Shown here piece by piece: positions 62,547 to 64,000 of a DNA stretch of 64,000 nt. A program made the translations under genes and the position numbers. The notes beneath the pieces are model-generated. The model searched no databases and was not told the DNA's origin. It saw only the letters and a program-made list of their open reading frames with translations. The DNA is from an uncultured Actinomycetes bacterium (lineage in GTDB: Bacteria; Actinomycetota; JAICYB01), in assembly GCA_964560135.1 (NCBI GenBank), contig CAZLKN010000001.1, forward strand, positions 30,061-94,060, written 5' to 3'. Within the stretch, counting starts at the first letter, position 1, and each line of letters starts with the position of its first letter.

Positions 62547-63374
62547 GTGGCGCTGTACCACCGGTATGCGAACCTCCGCGGCTGGCATTGGGGCGCGGCG
62601 AAGCTGGGCGTCGTGCTGCTGCTGCTCGCACTCGGACGCGGCCATGCCCTGTACTCGAACCTCGTGGTCACCGTCGCGCTCGTCGACGCGTACGTGAAGC
62701 GTCCCGTCCGGGACGGTTGTCGGTTGGCAGACGTGGGGCTCGACCCCCGGGGCGCGGTGCGCGGGACCCTGGGCGGGTTCGTGCTCGGGGCGGTGATGAT
62801 CTCGGCCGGGATCGGGATCTTGGCGGCCTTCGGTTTCTACCGGGTGGGGTCGGTGGTGTTCGCACCGGGGGCGTTGGCGTGGGCGGTGGTGTTCTTCCTG
62901 AGCGTCTCGGTGCTCGAGGAGGTGATCGCCCGGGGGATGGTGCTGCGATGGCTGGAGCCGCGGACGGGATCCTGGCTCGCGCTGGGACTGAGCTCGCTCG
63001 CCTTCGGGGTGCTGCACGCGGCCAATCCCAACGCGACCCTGCTGGCCACGCTGGCGATCGCGCTGGAGGCCGGCGTGCTGCTGGGGGCCGCCTACCTCGC
63101 CACCCGGGGTCTGTGGTGGCCGATCGGCATCCACTGGTCGTGGAACCTGTTCCAGGGTCCCGTCTACGGGGCTCACGTCTCGGGCATGGAGATGGAGGGG
63201 ATCGTGCGCGGGGAGCTCGTCGGGCCACAGCTCTGGACGGGTGGATCCTTCGGCCCGGAGGCGGGCCTGGTCATGATCGTGATCGGCACGGCCGGGGGCC
63301 TGGGCTTCGTGGACCTGGCAGTGCGGCGGGGGCGCATGAGGTCGGCACGGCACGCGGGGACCGGGCAGGAATAG
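62547..63374 (+). CDS. CPBP family intramembrane glutamic endopeptidase (CAAX protease-like).
   Basis: The EExxxR motif (LEEVIARG) and the FxxxH motif (FGVLHAAN) are present, within a multi-TM protein. Confidence 0.7.
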   Translation: MALYHRYANLRGWHWGAAKLGVVLLLLALGRGHALYSNLVVTVALVDAYVKRPVRDGCRLADVGLDPRGAVRGTLGGFVLGAVMISAGIGILAAFGFYRVGSVVFAPGALAWAVVFFLSVSVLEEVIARGMVLRWLEPRTGSWLALGLSSLAFGVLHAANPNATLLATLAIALEAGVLLGAAYLATRGLWWPIGIHWSWNLFQGPVYGAHVSGMEMEGIVRGELVGPQLWTGGSFGPEAGLVMIVIGTAGGLGFVDLAVRRGRMRSARHAGTGQE

Positions 63375-63395
63375 GTCACGGAGGAGGCAGGGATA

Positions 63396-63923
63396 TTGGA
63401 GTATCGCGTCGCAGGTCCAGCCGACACGGAGCTGATCGCCGGACTGCATACCGAAAGCTGGCGCCGCACGTACCGGGGTATGTACCGTGACGAATTCCTG
63501 GACGGTGACCTGGACGGCAACCGGCGGGAGGTCTGGCGGGGGCGACTGGAGCGTCCGGAGGACAACCAGCTCGTGTACATCGCACTCGAGGACGGCCGGA
63601 CCGCGGGTTTCGTCTGCGCCTACGGGGCCGAGGACGCTCGGTGGGGATCGCTCGTCGACAACCTGCACGTCGCTGATGGATTCCGGCGTCGCGGGATCGC
63701 CTCGGCACTCATGCGGGAGGCGGGAGCCTGGCTGGACGCCAGATACGGTGACTGCGGCGTGTACCTCTGGGTGCTGGAGGCCAATGAGAGCGCGCGTCGC
63801 TTCTATGAAGCCCTTGGAGCGACGGACGCGGAGACGGTGCACATGGAGGTCCATCCCGGAGGCTGGGCGAGGACATGCCGCTATGTCTGGCCGCGCCCGG
63901 GCCTCCTTGCCGGCGTGGAGTGA
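63396..63923 (+). CDS. GNAT family N-acetyltransferase.
   Basis: The acetyl-CoA binding segment is FRRRGIASALMREAGAWL. The start is TTG, after a GGAGGAGG RBS. Confidence 0.7.
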   Translation: MEYRVAGPADTELIAGLHTESWRRTYRGMYRDEFLDGDLDGNRREVWRGRLERPEDNQLVYIALEDGRTAGFVCAYGAEDARWGSLVDNLHVADGFRRRGIASALMREAGAWLDARYGDCGVYLWVLEANESARRFYEALGATDAETVHMEVHPGGWARTCRYVWPRPGLLAGVE

Positions 63924-64000
63924 TCGTCGTTGGCTACCGGCGCCCCCGGCCCCCGAGCAGCGGCACCAGCATCTCGTCGGGCGTGAGGCTGCCGTGCCCG

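Noticed and set aside
59247-63854. 1535-aa extension of the tricorn ORF
   Set aside because: The tricorn-homologous sequence starts at the YLRTPSIRGD block (about 62474). The region from 62475 to 63854 is antisense to the CPBP and GNAT genes, which are supported by motifs.
1-64000. CRISPR arrays, rRNA, transposases and integrases
   Set aside because: There are no regularly spaced direct repeats with spacers, no rRNA-like conserved segments, and no recognisable transposase or integrase motifs. The only mobile-like genes are the DUF222-HNH and Uma2 ORFs.

Overview
This is a high-GC (about 70%) actinobacterial chromosomal segment, densely packed with mostly core-type genes. A mycothiol amidase (Mca), an F420-type PPOX protein, a DUF222-HNH protein and many GTG/TTG starts support an actinobacterial origin. 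Because of the GC content, the six-frame track contains many long shadow ORFs on the antisense strand. Each call below was chosen from protein motifs, ribosome-binding sites and overlaps between adjacent genes, not from ORF length.

Main content, in order along the window:
- A minus-strand alpha-glucan operon: an MscS channel, GlgE, a TreS-maltokinase fusion and MalQ. The conserved MalQ N-terminus has no ATG/GTG/TTG start.
- A YihY/BrkB membrane protein, divergent from an operon in which a bacterial eRF1/Vms1-like protein carrying a GxxQ motif is translationally coupled to a PspC / LiaF-like / small-membrane-protein envelope-stress module and a Gfo/Idh/MocA oxidoreductase.
- Two tandem membrane-bound GGDEF-EAL c-di-GMP proteins, one with PAS domains and one with a GAF domain.
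- MsrB, an R2-like ligand-binding oxidase and Mca.
- A translationally coupled pair (LOR/SDH TIGR00300-like protein plus an amidinotransferase/DDAH-fold protein) that resembles a split and reordered ArgZ/AgrE arginine-to-ornithine-to-proline route.
- A convergent Prim-PolC-like polymerase and ATP-dependent ligase pair with no Ku.
- A cytochrome P450 with a SirC-like gene, and a DEAD-box helicase.
- Two paralogous secreted multidomain serine hydrolases about 22 kb apart, one of them behind an orphan receiver protein.
- An unassignable protein built from three tandem copies of an approximately 90-aa domain, followed by a small membrane protein with an acidic Gly-rich GGGTD-repeat tail and a secreted neutral-ceramidase-like enzyme.
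- A DUF222-HNH selfish gene.
- A tyrosine-catabolism cluster (Lrp regulator, HppD, HmgA, FAH) interrupted by a Uma2 endonuclease gene.
- A TetR regulator with tandem operator palindromes, coupled to a 587-aa polytopic membrane protein.
- RNase D, a tricorn-protease homologue coupled to an NmrA-like gene, a CPBP intramembrane protease and GNAT acetyltransferases.

I found no CRISPR array, no rRNA or tRNA gene, and no transposase. The most novel candidates are the eRF1/Vms1-like gene in the Psp operon, the triple-repeat protein with its Gly-rich partner, the split ArgZ-like pair, and the paralogous secreted hydrolases.
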